A stretch of 63,849 bases of DNA, the filler included, from Octopus bimaculoides (lineage: Eukaryota), in NCBI RefSeq assembly GCF_001194135.2. It is 10 parts of 10 records of this genome, joined end to end, with 100 filler letters (N's around TTAATTAATTAA, not from the genome) between each part and the next. Parts side by side here need not be neighbours in the genome. Positions count along the whole stretch, not along the records: positions 25,903 to 41,780 come from NC_068996.1; 9 more parts are not named here. The stretch is one strand, 5' to 3'. Made by a program: the position numbers and the translations under genes. Shown piece after piece: positions 26,643 to 39,439 of this stretch; position 1 is the first letter of the stretch, and every line of letters begins with the position of its first letter. Under the pieces are notes generated by a model, which saw only the letters and a program-made list of their open reading frames with translations, searched no databases and had not been told where the DNA came from.

Positions 26643-26812
26643 AAATATGAATTAGTAGGCATCCATCGGTCTCGAGAGGTCAACTGCTGATATTGATGCA
26701 GCATCTGTTGTGTATGTAGAGGCCCACATGTAGAAGCCCACATGGGAGTGGCAGTTATGCACACAGCAACTGCATCTGAAGGAGCTCTCTGCCAGCACTG
26801 TTGGTTTTCCCA
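26643..26812 (-). mobile_element. RTE LINE 3' end, inverted partner of 26042-26157
   Basis: CSCCVHNCHSHVG zinc-finger-like C-terminus and the same CTCGAGACCGATGGATGCCTAC tail. Confidence 0.7.
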
Positions 26813-26815
26813 GCA

Positions 26816-26846
<31 letters not shown>

Positions 26847-27019
26847 GTATACATATATATATATGTATACATATATATATATGTATACATATATATATAT
26901 GTATACATATATATATATGTATATATATATATATTATATACACATGTGTATATAACTAGTGTCTTCTATACTAAAAATCTCTGGATCTCATCCGTGGACT
27001 ACAAATATATGTGAGGTGG

Positions 27020-27290
27020 GGTGTTAAGGTACGTGACCTTGTGGTTAGTCTGTTGCACTAACGATTGCTAGTTCATGGGTTCAATTCCCAGACTGGACGG
27101 AGCATTGTGTTCTTGAGCAAAGCAATTCGTTTCACATTGCTGCAGTCCCCTTTGAATCAAGGGTGAATCTTGGCCTTCTTGCCCAGCCAGCAGGGTGGCA
27201 TCATTTGCTGGCTAAAACAATGCAAAGCGCATTGTGACCAGCAATGTGTAACAACATCAGATAGTCTGGTCGCTCATGTGATCATGTGAT
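27020..27290 (+). mobile_element. tRNA-headed SINE family E
   Basis: GGGTTCAATTCCC B-box, TTGTGTTCTTGAGCAAAGC core, GCGCATTGTGACCAGC tail. Confidence 0.7.
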
Positions 27291-27344
27291 ATATATCATC
27301 ATCATCATCACTGTTTCTAAGGATATCTCTCTCTTTTTCTCTCA

Positions 27345-27518
27345 TTTTACTTGTTTCAGCCATTTGATTGCAGCCATGCTGGGGCACCGACTTTAGTCGA
27401 GCAAATCAACCCCAGGACTTATTATTTGTAAGCCTAATACTTATTCTATCAGTCTCTTTTGCCGAAGCGCAAACACACACACATACATACATGCCGAAGC
27501 GCAAACACACACACATAC

Positions 27519-27551
<33 letters not shown>

Positions 27552-27720
27552 CATACACACACACACATACATATATNNNNNNNNNNTCTACTCACAAGGC
27601 TTTGGTCGGCCTGAGGCTATAGTAGAAGACACTTGTCCAAGGTGTCATGCAATCGGACTGAACCCGGAACCATGTGGTTGGTAAGCAAGCTACTTACCAC
27701 ACAGCCACTCCTATGCCTAT
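27345..27720 (-). mobile_element. SINE family A
   Basis: Head, CORE-like and 3' modules are all present. Confidence 0.85.
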
Positions 27721-27769
27721 ATATATATATATACATATATATATACGGTAATTAGTCTACAGCCTTAGT

Positions 27770-27899
27770 GTCACTACTTTGAAGGGTTTTAATCGAACAA
27801 ATTGATCTCAGAATTTATTCCTTCTTTTGGACTGTTGTATATATCTGTTAATCTCTAATACTGAACCACTAAGTTACAAGGATGTAATCAAACCAACAC

Positions 27900-27932
<33 letters not shown>

Positions 27933-27982
27933 TGTGTGTATGTGTGTGTGTGTATGTGTGTGTGTGTGTGTGNNNNNNNNNN

Positions 27983-28013
<31 letters not shown>

Positions 28014-28212
28014 TGTGTGTATGTGTGTGTGTGTATGTGTGTGTGTGTGTGTGTGTTTCTTTCAGTTTCTGTCTAATAAATCGATTCACAAGGCTATGGG
28101 CAGCTTGGCGGCTATAATAGAAGATATTTGTTCAGGGTACCTCACAGTGGGACTGAACCCAGAACGATGCAGCTGGGAAGCAAGCTTCTTACCACACAGC
28201 CACCCCATGTTT
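27770..28212 (-). mobile_element. SINE family A, degraded, with expanded TG repeat
   Basis: TTTCAGTTTCTGTCTAATAAATCGATTCACAAGGC...CTTACCACACAGCC. Confidence 0.75.
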
Positions 28213-28254
28213 AGGTAGGTAGTTATACATACATGCACATACACACACATACAT

Positions 28255-28590
28255 CATCATCACTGTTGTTTAACATCTGCTGTCCATGCCTGCATGGGTT
28301 GGATTTGACTGAGGGCTGGCAAGCCAGAAGGCTGCACCAGGCTCCAATCTGATCTGGCAGAGTTTCTACAGCTGGATGCCCTTCCTAATGCCAACCACCC
28401 CAAGAGTGTTGTGGGTACTTTTTACATGCCACCAGCACGAGGGCCAGTCAGGCAGTACTGGCATCGACCACGCTTGAATGGTGCTTTTTATGTGCCACCA
28501 GCATAAGAGCCAGTCAGGCAGCACTGACAATGACCATGCTCGAATGGTGCTTTTTATGTTCCACTGGCATGGGAGCTTGTTAGGTGGCAC
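28255..28590 (-). mobile_element. SINE family B (GAT-tailed)
   Basis: CTACAGCTGGATGCCCTTCCTAATGCCAACCAC block, CAT-repeat tail, internal subrepeats. Confidence 0.85.
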
Positions 28591-29179
28591 TGGGAACACA
28601 CACATACATGTATATGTATGTATGTATATACATACATCAATTTCTTTATTCATTTCTCTCTATCCAATCAACTATCCACTTATTTGTCTATCAATCCATT
28701 ACTTCATCCGACTATGCATTCTCTCTTTCTTTCTTTCTTTCTTTCTTTCTTCCCACCAATAATCCATGATCCATTATTTATCCATCCTTACCTTCAGTTT
28801 GTCTGTCTGTCTATCAATCTATCTACTTATCTATCTATAAACCTATCCCACCATCTCCAAATTCTTCTCAAAGAACAAAAGAAAAATATTGATTGTTACA
28901 AGTTTAACTCCCATAAAACAAATGATATTCTCTCTAGAAAAAACATAAGCATACATTCTAAAAAGAAAATTGTCACAAACGTGAACTGTTCTCAGAGAAC
29001 TGACAGAAATTATACTGACACCGAAACAGAGGCAAAAAAATAACACAATACAAGTATCATATGATGGAAACCAAAATATCTCAAAATCTATGATTCTCAT
29101 GGTGATAACAATATCTTACAAACAGATACGTGCAAACACCAAATCCTGTATTTTTCTCAAATAAGAAATTAAACAAAGG

Positions 29180-29519
29180 AACAGGCATGGCTGTGTAATA
29201 ACGAGCCTTCTTCCCAATCAGATGGTTCTGGGTTCAGTCCCATTGTGTGACACCTTGGGCAAATGTCTTCTACTATAGCGTCAGGCTGACTAAAGCCTTG
29301 CGTGAATTTGAGAGATGGAAACTAAAAGAAGCTTATTGTAAATATATATATTATAGGTATAGGCATGGGTGTGTGGTAAGAAGTTTCCTTCCCAACCACA
29401 TGATTCCAAGTTCAGTCCTACTGTGTGGGACCTTGGGCGAGTGTCTTCTACTATAGCTTCAGGCCAACTAAAGTCTTGTGAGTAGATTTAGTAGACGGGA
29501 ACTGAAAGAAGCCTATCAC

Positions 29520-29564
<45 letters not shown>

Positions 29565-29735
29565 GGGACAGTCATGGCTGTGTGGTAAGAAGTTTCCTTC
29601 CCACCCACATGGTTCTGGGTTCAGTCTCACTGTGTGGCACCTTGGGCAAGTGTCTTCTACTATAGCCTCAGGCTGACCAAAGCCTTGAGAGTGGATTTGG
29701 TAGAGGGAAACTGAAAGAAGCCTGTCACATATGTG
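29180..29735 (+). mobile_element. Three tandem SINE family A head modules
   Basis: Three successive GGCTGTGT/GGGTGTGT...TTCAGTC...CCTTGGGC(A/G)A(A/G)TGTCTTCTACTATAGC...AAAGAAGC units, each ending in a TA/TG repeat. Confidence 0.88.
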
Positions 29736-31107
29736 TATATATATTTACATGTATGTATGTGTGTGTCTTCATGTCTGCATTTGGACTGATTGCAGTGAAG
29801 GCTAGCATGATGTTGATACTGATTGATGATTAGGTCTTTCATTCCTCTTTTTCTTTTTATTTCAGGGATTTTTATTCGAGGGATTTATAGGGATTTCCTA
29901 ACTAGCTGCTTTGCTTGTTGCAAGATCAGTGACTGATTGTTGCTTTGTTTGTAATATATTACAAGCTTTGGGCAAATTCCTGTTATCTCTAGTAGACGAG
30001 TGTTCACCACAGACAATGGGCAGAAGTAACCTGAAATTGTAAGGTCTGCAAGAAGATGGTAAGAGTTCACTGGTAAGCAATATATATCGAGTGCAGATTG
30101 CATCGATAACCAGCCAGAACAGGCTCTTCTTGGGGTTAAAAATGGTAGTAACATTGAACAGTCATATCTTATTGTTACACTACAATACTTTTCCTTTTCT
30201 TTTCTCTCTTTTGTCTTTAGTTATACTAGTTTTTTTCTTTTCTTTTTTCTTTGTAATTTCATTTTCTTGATCTTTCATGGCTGCACTTGTTCATGATTTT
30301 ACATTGTTGCTGTTGTTGTTGTTGTTATTGCCTGAATATGTCGAAACAACATCCAGTGAATTGCTAAGAATCTTCAACTAACACATGACTGCTTTTATAA
30401 GTGAAATAAACACTATTGATTTGCCAGAACTAAAAAGAGCAGGCACCCACAAAACTGTAAATGATTTATTTATTTACCATCAATACAGCAGGACTAAATG
30501 GTTAAGAAATTCACTTCGTAATCACAACATCGCAGTTTCATTCCCACTGGATGGCATTTACACATGTAGTTTTTAACTGTAGCCTCAAGCTAGTCAACAA
30601 CTTACAAGTGAATTTTGGTAGTAGGAAACTGTGTGGAAGCCTGACAGATGCATGGCAGCTCTACTTAAAAAATACAGTCTTGACACACTGTTCCTTGGGG
30701 ATTCTGCTTGACAATAGGCACAGGTGTAGCTGTGTGGTAAGAAGCTTGCTTTCCCTAAGTTCTGTCCCCCTGCATGTCACCTTTGGCAAGTGTCTTCTAT
30801 TATAGCTTACATGTATATATATATATATATNNNNNNNNNNNNNNNNNNNNNNNNNNNNNNNNNNNNNNNNNNNNNNNNNNNNNNTATCTATATATATATA
30901 TGTTTGTATAAACTACAAATTTTCTGTTTGTTAGATTTTTGCAAAATTTTCTGATTGTTGTGTGCTTGTTAAATTTTTTAAAATATATATGCATGTGAGT
31001 GGATTTGGTAGATGGAAATTGAAAGAAGCCCATCATGTGAACATATGTATGTGCGTGTGTGTGTGTGTGTGTATATTTATATATATATATATATATATAT
31101 ATGAATA

Positions 31108-31157
<50 letters not shown>

Positions 31158-31529
31158 TGTGTGTAGCTACTTGAACTTTGGGTACATGTCTATTAGTTTG
31201 TTGATCAAAGCATATTCACCAATTTTCACCGGATCTACATTAGGTAATCCACAGTGTTTGTTGAATTTGTAATTGATAAAGGAATATGAACAGGATGTGA
31301 AGTAATACAGGTAATATTCACATTTACATGTGGCCCTTTATAGCTAATTTGATACATGGAAACTGCAGAGTGGAATGCATTTGAGTATGTCTATGTGCAT
31401 AGTTAAGCACTTATTTATGGGGTCCTGCACCTGAATGTAATATAGATACTTATGTACTTATTTATGCATACAGAGATATGTGAATGGGTCTATATGAATT
31501 TGTGTGCATGCTAAAAAGCATGTAAAAAG

Positions 31530-31697
31530 CACCCACTACACTCTCAGAGTGGTTGGTGTTAGGAAGGGCATCCAGCTGTAGAAACCTTACCATATCAGTT
31601 TGGAGCCTGGTGCAGGCTCCTAGCTTGTCAGTCGTCAGTCAAACTGTCCAACCCATACCGGCATGGAAAGCGGATGCTAAACGATGATGATGATGCT
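31530..31697 (+). mobile_element. SINE family B, 3' part
   Basis: GGTTGGTGTTAGGAAGGGCATCCAGCTGTAG...GATGATGAT. Confidence 0.85.
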
Positions 31698-31969
31698 AAC
31701 ACACTGATTGAAAAGAAAACTAACTACAAAGGAAAATAAATTTATACATTAGTGTATCTATGTATATAAACAAATACTTGTGTATGTGCATACATGGCCA
31801 CCAAACAAACATCCTAATGACCAGTTATCCATGACGGACTGGGTTATCTGATACCCAGCAGGATGTGAGATAACAGCTAGATGTTTGCCGCTAATAAAAC
31901 CATCTTGGTAGATTACAAACACATGAAATGACATAAAGTTGGTGACATGCATGTGTGCATGTGTGGGTG

Positions 31970-32312
31970 TCATCATTATCATCATCATTTAACATCTGCT
32001 TTCCATGCTAGCATGGGTTGGATGATTTGACTGGGGACTGATGAACCAGATGGCTACACCAGACTGATTTGGCAGAGTTTCTACAGCTGGATGCCCTCAG
32101 AGTATACTGGGTGCTTTTTACGTGTCACCGGCATGAGGGCCAGTCCGGCGGTACTGGCAATGGCCACGCTCAAATGGTGTTTTTTTCATTGCCACCTGCA
32201 CAGGAGTCAGTCCAATGTTTTGTTCACATGCCACCGACATGAGTGCCAGTAAGGCAAAGCTGGAAATGATCGTGCTCAAATGGTGCTTTTTACGTGCCAC
32301 CGGCATGGAAGT
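31970..32312 (-). mobile_element. SINE family B
   Basis: CAT tail, CTACAGCTGGATGCC block, internal subrepeats. Confidence 0.85.
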
Positions 32313-32813
32313 GAGATGTATGTCTATATACCCAGCCTTCTTAATCTTAATTTTCTTTGACAGGTTTTATTCTCTGTCATTTACGATCTAAATATATGTT
32401 ATATTTTCCTGGTCAACTATAACAAGCCCCATTTGCTGGTTCCAACCCTAAACTTATCCCATGCTCTGCCAGTGTACCAATGTACAACTAGCCAGAACAA
32501 CATGCCAAAGAGAACCCAGTATATCTAGTGGAATATCTTTTTCTACACCAAATGCCTGAAGTGACACAGCCTGGACTGACTGATGCAACGCAACAAGACA
32601 CACAATATCCTACCCCTAAGGGACAGTTGCAGGAAGGGTGGAAACGGTCATCATGCTGAATAAAGATTCATACTAAATCCATTTTCCATGTCTGCCTTCC
32701 ATGCTGGCATGAGTTGGATCGTTTGACAAGAGCCAGCTAGGCAGGAGCCTGCACCAGACTTCCGTGTGTGTTTTGGCAGGGTTTTTACAGCTGGATGCCC
32801 TTCCTAGCACCAA

Positions 32814-33421
32814 CACATTCAGTCATGACTGCTTTTGGTCTTCTGTGAGCACGTGAGGCTCAAATTTTGCTGCAACTTTGTTCATTTGCAATTCCTCACT
32901 TAAAATTCATTGGCAGGAGTTCCAGGGCACACCATACTTATATCAACAAACTCGTCAATTATTTGGTGACAATCCTCAAAGATCATTTCCTGAATTTTCA
33001 TGATGTTTTCATTTGTCTGGAAGGTCGACAGTTGTGTTGAACAATATTTGGTCTTCAAGCAACAAGTGACCAATCCTAAAGTGTGGAAGCCACTTGTAAA
33101 CCTGTGTTTTGCTCATGGCAGCAACCTTGTAATCTGTTTGAAGCAGGACAACTGTTCTGGTCACCATTTTCCTTAGCAGAAAACAAGATTTCATGGAAGC
33201 ATTCTGTTCCTTCATTTCAGCCATTTCAAAAATCAACAAAGAGAGGAGAAACACTGCAAAACAAAGATGCACCACGTGGTAGTACAACTTCACTCGATGG
33301 CACCAGTCAGCAGATTGATGCCTGAGAGTCACATCAAGTGGTTTCTAGTGGTGGAAGCCTGAACTACAATGGACTTCTCCTACAGAGAATGTTTCTGGTT
33401 ACTGTTGGGTACTTCCTCATA
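32814..33421 (-). mobile_element. mariner transposon 5' half, decayed
   Basis: TIR-like TATGAGGAAGTACCCAACAGTAACCAG; MAEMKEQNASMKSCF...AAMSKTQVYKW..HFRIG..LEDQ; KVAAKFEPHVLTEDQK (WVPHEL-equivalent). Confidence 0.85.
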
Positions 33422-33701
33422 GAAGACAAAATATTAGGAGTTACTACGTGACACTAAAATAAAACCAGAAACAACAATACTAATTGTACAATACAGTGAG
33501 TTATATCTAATGTACAAAGGCACATATCCCACACCTCCGAATAATAATCAAGCACACAAGTTAGGAATGCACAAGAAGTGCACCAGATGATGCAATACAA
33601 ACTTCTGCACACAGAAAATAGTAATGATGATGTTGCTGATGGCGATGGTGGTACTGATGATGATGATGATGGAGGTGATGATGACAGTGATGGCGACAAT
33701 G

Positions 33702-33733
<32 letters not shown>

Positions 33734-33744
33734 AACCATAATAA

Positions 33745-33966
33745 TAATAATGATTTCGAATTTTGGCACGGGGCCAACAATTTCGGCGTAGGGGATAAAT
33801 CTATTGCATTGACCTCAATGTTCAACTTGTACTTATTTTATCGAACCCAAAAAGGTTGAAAGGCAAAGTCAACCTCAACATAGTTTGAACTCAGAATGCA
33901 GAGACGAACAAAATGCCACAAAACATTTTGTCCAGCATGGTAATGATTCTGCCAGATTACTGCCTT
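33745..33966 (-). mobile_element. SINE family D embedded in an (AAT)n array
   Basis: Head AAGGCAGTAATCTGGCAGAATC, B-box GAGTTCAAA, TTTGCCTTTCA core, ATT tail. Confidence 0.8.
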
Positions 33967-34009
33967 GGATAATAACAACAACAACAACAATAATAATAAT
34001 AATAATAAT

Positions 34010-34154
34010 CCTTTCTACAATAGGTACAAGGCCTGGAATTTGAGGGGAGGGGGGATGGTTGATCATATTCATTCCAGCACTTGACTGGTACTTAATTTAT
34101 CAACTCTGAAAGGATGAAAGGCAAAACTGACCTTGATAGAATTTGAACTCAATG
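34010..34154 (-). mobile_element. SINE family D, 5'-truncated, within (AAT)n
   Basis: GAGTTCAAATTC...GGCCTTGTACCTATTGTAGAAAGG followed by the ATT tail. Confidence 0.85.
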
Positions 34155-34171
34155 TAATAATAATAATAATA

Positions 34172-34207
<36 letters not shown>

Positions 34208-34216
34208 GTAATAATA

Positions 34217-34304
<88 letters not shown>

Positions 34305-34477
34305 TAATAATAATAATAATAGTAATAATAATAATAATAATAATAATGATGATGATGATAATAATAATAGTAATAATAATAATAATAGTAATAATAATAG
34401 TAATAATAATAGTAGTAATAATAATAATAATAATAATAATAGTAATAATAATAGTAATAATAATAATAATAATAATG

Positions 34478-34513
<36 letters not shown>

Positions 34514-34520
34514 GTAATAA
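34155..34520. repeat. Long (AAT)n/(AGT) microsatellite
   Basis: About 365-bp trinucleotide array. Confidence 0.98.
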
Positions 34521-35427
34521 AAATTGCAACAACAACGGTAATAGGGATAATAATGATATTAATAATGTATTTTAAAAAGTATTTTCTTTCCATTCTCTAC
34601 AATTCTGATGAATCTTAAACATGCTAAACTTTGTGTAGAAACTTAGAAAACAAAACCAAAAGATAAAACAAATAAATAAGCAAACAAAAAGTAAAAGATA
34701 AACGATGCAATAATTTTTGAAATAAATACGCACACACAAACAAAAAAACATAACTACTTTTGTGTCGCTAGTTTTTCCAATGCAGGAGATTATTTCGTGA
34801 CTAAGCTACTGGTTAATCCTGGGAGCATTGTTTTACATAACGTTCATACTATGAATTTTTTTTTTCTGTTTTTTTTTAAATCATCCAATAAAGAAGGCAA
34901 ACACACAAAATACAAATAAATAGATTCTTTAGATTTTAGTCTGCTAGCTGTTTTGTGCATGCAAAAGTAAAAATAATAATAATAATGATAAAAAATGTTG
35001 AAGTAAAATAGAATGAAACAATGATGTTATGTCTTAATCCACGAGAATGACAAGAAAATGTTTATGATATTTGCTCGAGTGAACACGAAATATGAAGTTA
35101 GGTAGAATAAGTTTGAAACCTGATAAAATTGTTATTCAATCCTGAGTGTTACTTTCGAAACAAAGAACTTGGAAGGTGGGGAGTGGGGAGGAGGAGTTAG
35201 TTGTTGGTGGGTGGATAATATCCAGAGATATATGGATGCTGTATGAAAACTGGAAAATAGCTCCTCCACAAAAAAAATAAAAATGGATGCTATCATATTT
35301 AATGTAATAAGTCAAGAAATTTATTTGTTGAACCAAAAAAAAAATTAAAGTTAATGAGAATAATTTTTTTTTTGAATGACCATAGTCCTTATCAGAAAAG
35401 GCAAGGGAAACAATCATGTAAGGTTAT

Positions 35428-36030
35428 CATCATCATCATCATCATCATCGTTGTTTAATGTCCGCTTTCCATGCTAGCATGGGTTGGACGATTTGACTGA
35501 GGACTGGTGAAACCAAATGGCTACACCAGGCTCCAATCTGATTTCTAAAGCTGGATACCCTTCCTAACGCCAACCACTCCAAGAGTGTAGTGGGTGCTTT
35601 TACATGCCACCGGCACGAAGGCCAGTCAAGCGATACTGGCAAAATGGTGTATTTTATGTGCCACCTGCACATGAGCCAGTCCAGGGGCACTGGCAACGAT
35701 CATGCTCGAATGACTTTTCACGTGCCAGGAACGCAAAGCTGCAGCACAAGTGCCAGGAAGGCGAGGCTGATTATGATCACACTCGAACGGTGGTGCCATC
35801 ACGATTTTGCTTGCCCCAACAGGTCTTCGTAAGCAGAGTTTAGTGTCCAATGAAGGAGACGTTGGCAGGAGGGGGGGGGCAGTCCTCAAATTTAGTTCGA
35901 TTTCGATTTCACTTGCCTCAACAGGTCTTCGCAAGCGGAGTTTAGTGTCGAATGGAGGAAAGCTGCACATAAGTGGGCTGGCTACATCCCTGGCAGAGGC
36001 CTTGGATTTTGGTCTCACTTGGCTAATTCA
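35428..36030 (-). mobile_element. SINE family B, long variant with internal subrepeats
   Basis: CCCTTCCTAACGCCAACCACTCC; repeated GTGCCAC units; duplicated CAACAGGTCTTCG(T/C)AAGC block. Confidence 0.85.
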
Positions 36031-36139
36031 ATATAGAGTATGATGGACGAGAGAGTCCAATTTTTAGCTGGACAGCAATAGGTCTAGAAAGATTTCAGCT
36101 TTATTACATTTCATTGGCACAGGTTAAACATTATTGTAC

Positions 36140-36425
36140 ATTGGCATCATCATCATCATTTAACATCCATTGTCCATGCTGGCATGGGTTGGATGGTTTG
36201 ACCAGGGCTAGCAAGCTGGAAGTCTGCACCAAACTCCAGTCTATTTGGCATAGTCTTTATGGCTGGTTGCCTTTCCTAATGTCAGTCACTCTGAGAGTGT
36301 AATGGGTTCTTTTTACATGCCACTGCAATGGGTGCCATTTGCGTGACACTAGTATCTGTCAATACCTGACTGAACCTGGAGCCATGTGGTTGGGAAGCAA
36401 ACTTCTTACCACACAGCCGCACCTG
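36140..36425 (-). mobile_element. Composite SINE: family A head joined to family B body
   Basis: Family A head (CTTCTTACCACACAGCC) is directly contiguous with the GAT-tailed module. Confidence 0.75.
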
Positions 36426-37340
36426 TGAAAGGAAATGTCTTAGTATAGTGAAGACATTTGCTTGTATTTTCAATACAGCAGAGGGTGATTAGAAGAGAAT
36501 TTTAGTGACTAAGCATAAATAAATATAAAGATAGATAGAAAGATAGTGAGAGACAGAAAGAAAGAAACAGACAGACAGACAGATAGACAGGCAGACAGAG
36601 ACCACCGCAATTTAAACATATTCTTGTTGTTCGGGTTCCTCAAATAAAAACTGATTTATTTCATTTTTGAGACTCTTGGTCTGCCTTACATATTTTTTAT
36701 GGTAAACAATCCAAATATTGTGGTTATTATTATTAACATTATTATTATTATTATTATTATTATTATCATCACCATTATTTTGTGCTTTAGGTTGTTTATT
36801 TATTCATTTAATCTTGTTTAACAGATAGGATGACATTTGTTTGTCACTCTACAATTTCCTCTTCTAATTCGACTCATAATATTTTTGTCTAGAAATTGTC
36901 AAGGTTTCCCTCTCTCTCTCTCTCTCTCTCATTCAATTAATTTTGCTGGGTTTTTCTTTTCATTTTTTTTTAACATACTCATTACAGTTGCATTCGCATA
37001 AATATGTCTGCAGTTGTTAACTTCTCTCCTTCTTCTCAAATATAATTCTAAATAACTGTCACTAATCATATGTGAATTTGTGTGCACTGTTAATGTGCAT
37101 ACATGTGTGTGTATGTGTGTGTGTGTGAGTGAGTGTGTATGCATATTTTGCACATGCTTGTATGTATGAGAGTGTGTATGTATGCATCTGAGCTGATACA
37201 TTAAGTAAAATTGTGGAATATCAAACTGCACGCACACATCATGTCTAGTGAATAAAATCTAATAGACAGAAATTGTACAGAATCCCACAGCATGTTTCTC
37301 TTTCTCTCTTTCTCTCCCTCTCTCTCTCTCTATATATATA

Positions 37341-37625
37341 GGCTTAGGAGCGGCTGTGTGGTAAGTAGCTTGCTTACCAACCACATGGTTCCGGGTTTAG
37401 TCCCACTGCGTGGCGCCTTGGCCTATTGTCTTCTACTATAGCCTCGGGCCTACCAAAACCTTGTGAGTGGATTTGGTAGACGGAAACTGAAAGAAGCCCA
37501 TCGTATATATGCATAAGTATATATATGTGTGTGCGCGTTTGTGAGTCTGTGTTTGTCCCACCAACATCACTTGACAACCAATGCTGGTGTGTTTACGTCC
37601 CCGTAACTTAGCAGTTTGGCAAAAT
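37341..37625 (+). mobile_element. SINE family A
   Basis: GGAGCGGCTGTGTGGTAAGTAGCTTGCTTACCAACCACATGGTTCCGGG... Confidence 0.9.
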
Positions 37626-37994
37626 AGAACCAACATGCACACACACACACACAGAATTTCTGTTGTTTAATTAATTGAACTACATTCTCATCAGGTTACT
37701 GTGTCTAAACAAGAAGCTGAGTATTTCACAGACATATGCACGCTTTAACTGAAAAATCGTTTAGTGCCAATGTGAATTATTATCTTGCTAGGGAACAGGT
37801 GAAGGTTAGTTAACTGAAAAGGCATCCAGCTATAGAACATTCTGCTGCAGCAAAGTCTCACATAACCCATGCAAGCAGGACAAAGCATACATCAAAATGC
37901 TGATGATGATTACTCACATACACACACACACACACACACATATGAATGCTCTCAATGAAACAGAAAGTGAATATTTAGTGCTGTGAATATTTTG

Positions 37995-38133
37995 GTGCAG
38001 GCGTGGCTGTGTGGCAAGAAGTTTGCTTCCCACCCACATGATTGTGATTTCAGTCTCACTACATGGCACCTTGGCTAAGAGCCTTCTACTTTAACCCTGG
38101 GCTGAGTGGTATTGGTAAACAAAAACTGAAAGA

Positions 38134-38206
<73 letters not shown>

Positions 38207-38410
38207 TACATATGTGTCTCTGTGTCTTTTTTGTTTGTCCCCCACTGCCATTGGACAACCAGTGTTTGTTTATGTCCTGCCAAGAAGGGGCTAATAGAAT
38301 AAGCACCAGGCGTGAAAAATACAAGTATTAGGGTCAATTTGTTCAACCCTTGAAAGCAGTGCCCTAGCATGGCTACTGTCCAGTGTCTGAAACAACTAAA
38401 AGATAAAATA
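37995..38410 (+). mobile_element. SINE family A, degraded
   Basis: Head, TG tract and 3' module GCCCTAGCATGGCTACTGTCC. Confidence 0.75.
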
Positions 38411-39439
38411 TTTATCGCCAACAGCCACGAGACTGGAAGTATTTCTACTACAATTTAAAATTCTTATTTATATCAATAACTATTAATATCCTTCGTTTTA
38501 CATTAGTAAATGCCTAGCTGTGAATCCTGAAAACCTATACAAATTTAAGCTGTAAGGATCTACCTTTCTGAAAATTCAACATCTATTTCTTTACTCTGGT
38601 TATTATCAAAATTCCAGTAATGAGAGGTTTTATTTTTGTGTATATATGTGTGTTGGAAACCTTTACCTATATATAAAAAATTCAGTGTATATAAATATAT
38701 ATCAATGTATGTAAGTACGTATATATATATACTTAGATATGCACATACATATATATGTACATAAAATCCATGCACAGCAATATACATATATAGATACAGA
38801 ATCACTTCATATATATATAAATTTATTTTGTCATTATATTCACTGCAGTGGATATTCTGACCATATCACACGAGGAGTTTTTAGGCAGGCAATTTAAACT
38901 GGTCGTGTGCATACATGCATATATATGTATGTATATGTTCATATATGTAAGTATATCGTATGTTTATATATATATATATATTTGTATTTATGTGCTTTTC
39001 TGAGTATATTCCACTGATGAAAGCAGAGCATTTCTTATGCAGAGCCAGAAATCCAGGATCTGGAATTATCCAGTAATTTTTTGCTAGTTTATTTTGTTTT
39101 CGTCTTCGCTCTTTTATGCCATATGAACATTTATTGTGGTATAGAGTCAAGATTTGACTGCTATATCTCTTAGATACCCTATATTATAATTATATGTATA
39201 TATATGTATGATGTGTTGTGAATTTAGTTAAAAATGGAGAAGAGAAGATGTTAAAATATATAAGAGAAATTGTCCCTCTTGGTGGGGCATAAGCGAACAC
39301 TGGTTGTCCAATAAACTACCAGCAAAATAGGAAGAATCAAAATTAGAAATCTTTTATGGAGACCTCCAAATTATAGGACGAATCTAAATTCAACCTTATT
39401 ACACTTATATATATACATATATATACATACATATTCACA

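Noticed and set aside
28420-28580. Regularly spaced repeats that might suggest a CRISPR-like array
   Set aside because: These are internal SINE subrepeats in a eukaryotic context, with no unique spacers and no cas genes.
34069-34618. Poly-Ile and poly-Leu ORFs
   Set aside because: These are translations of the (AAT)n microsatellite.
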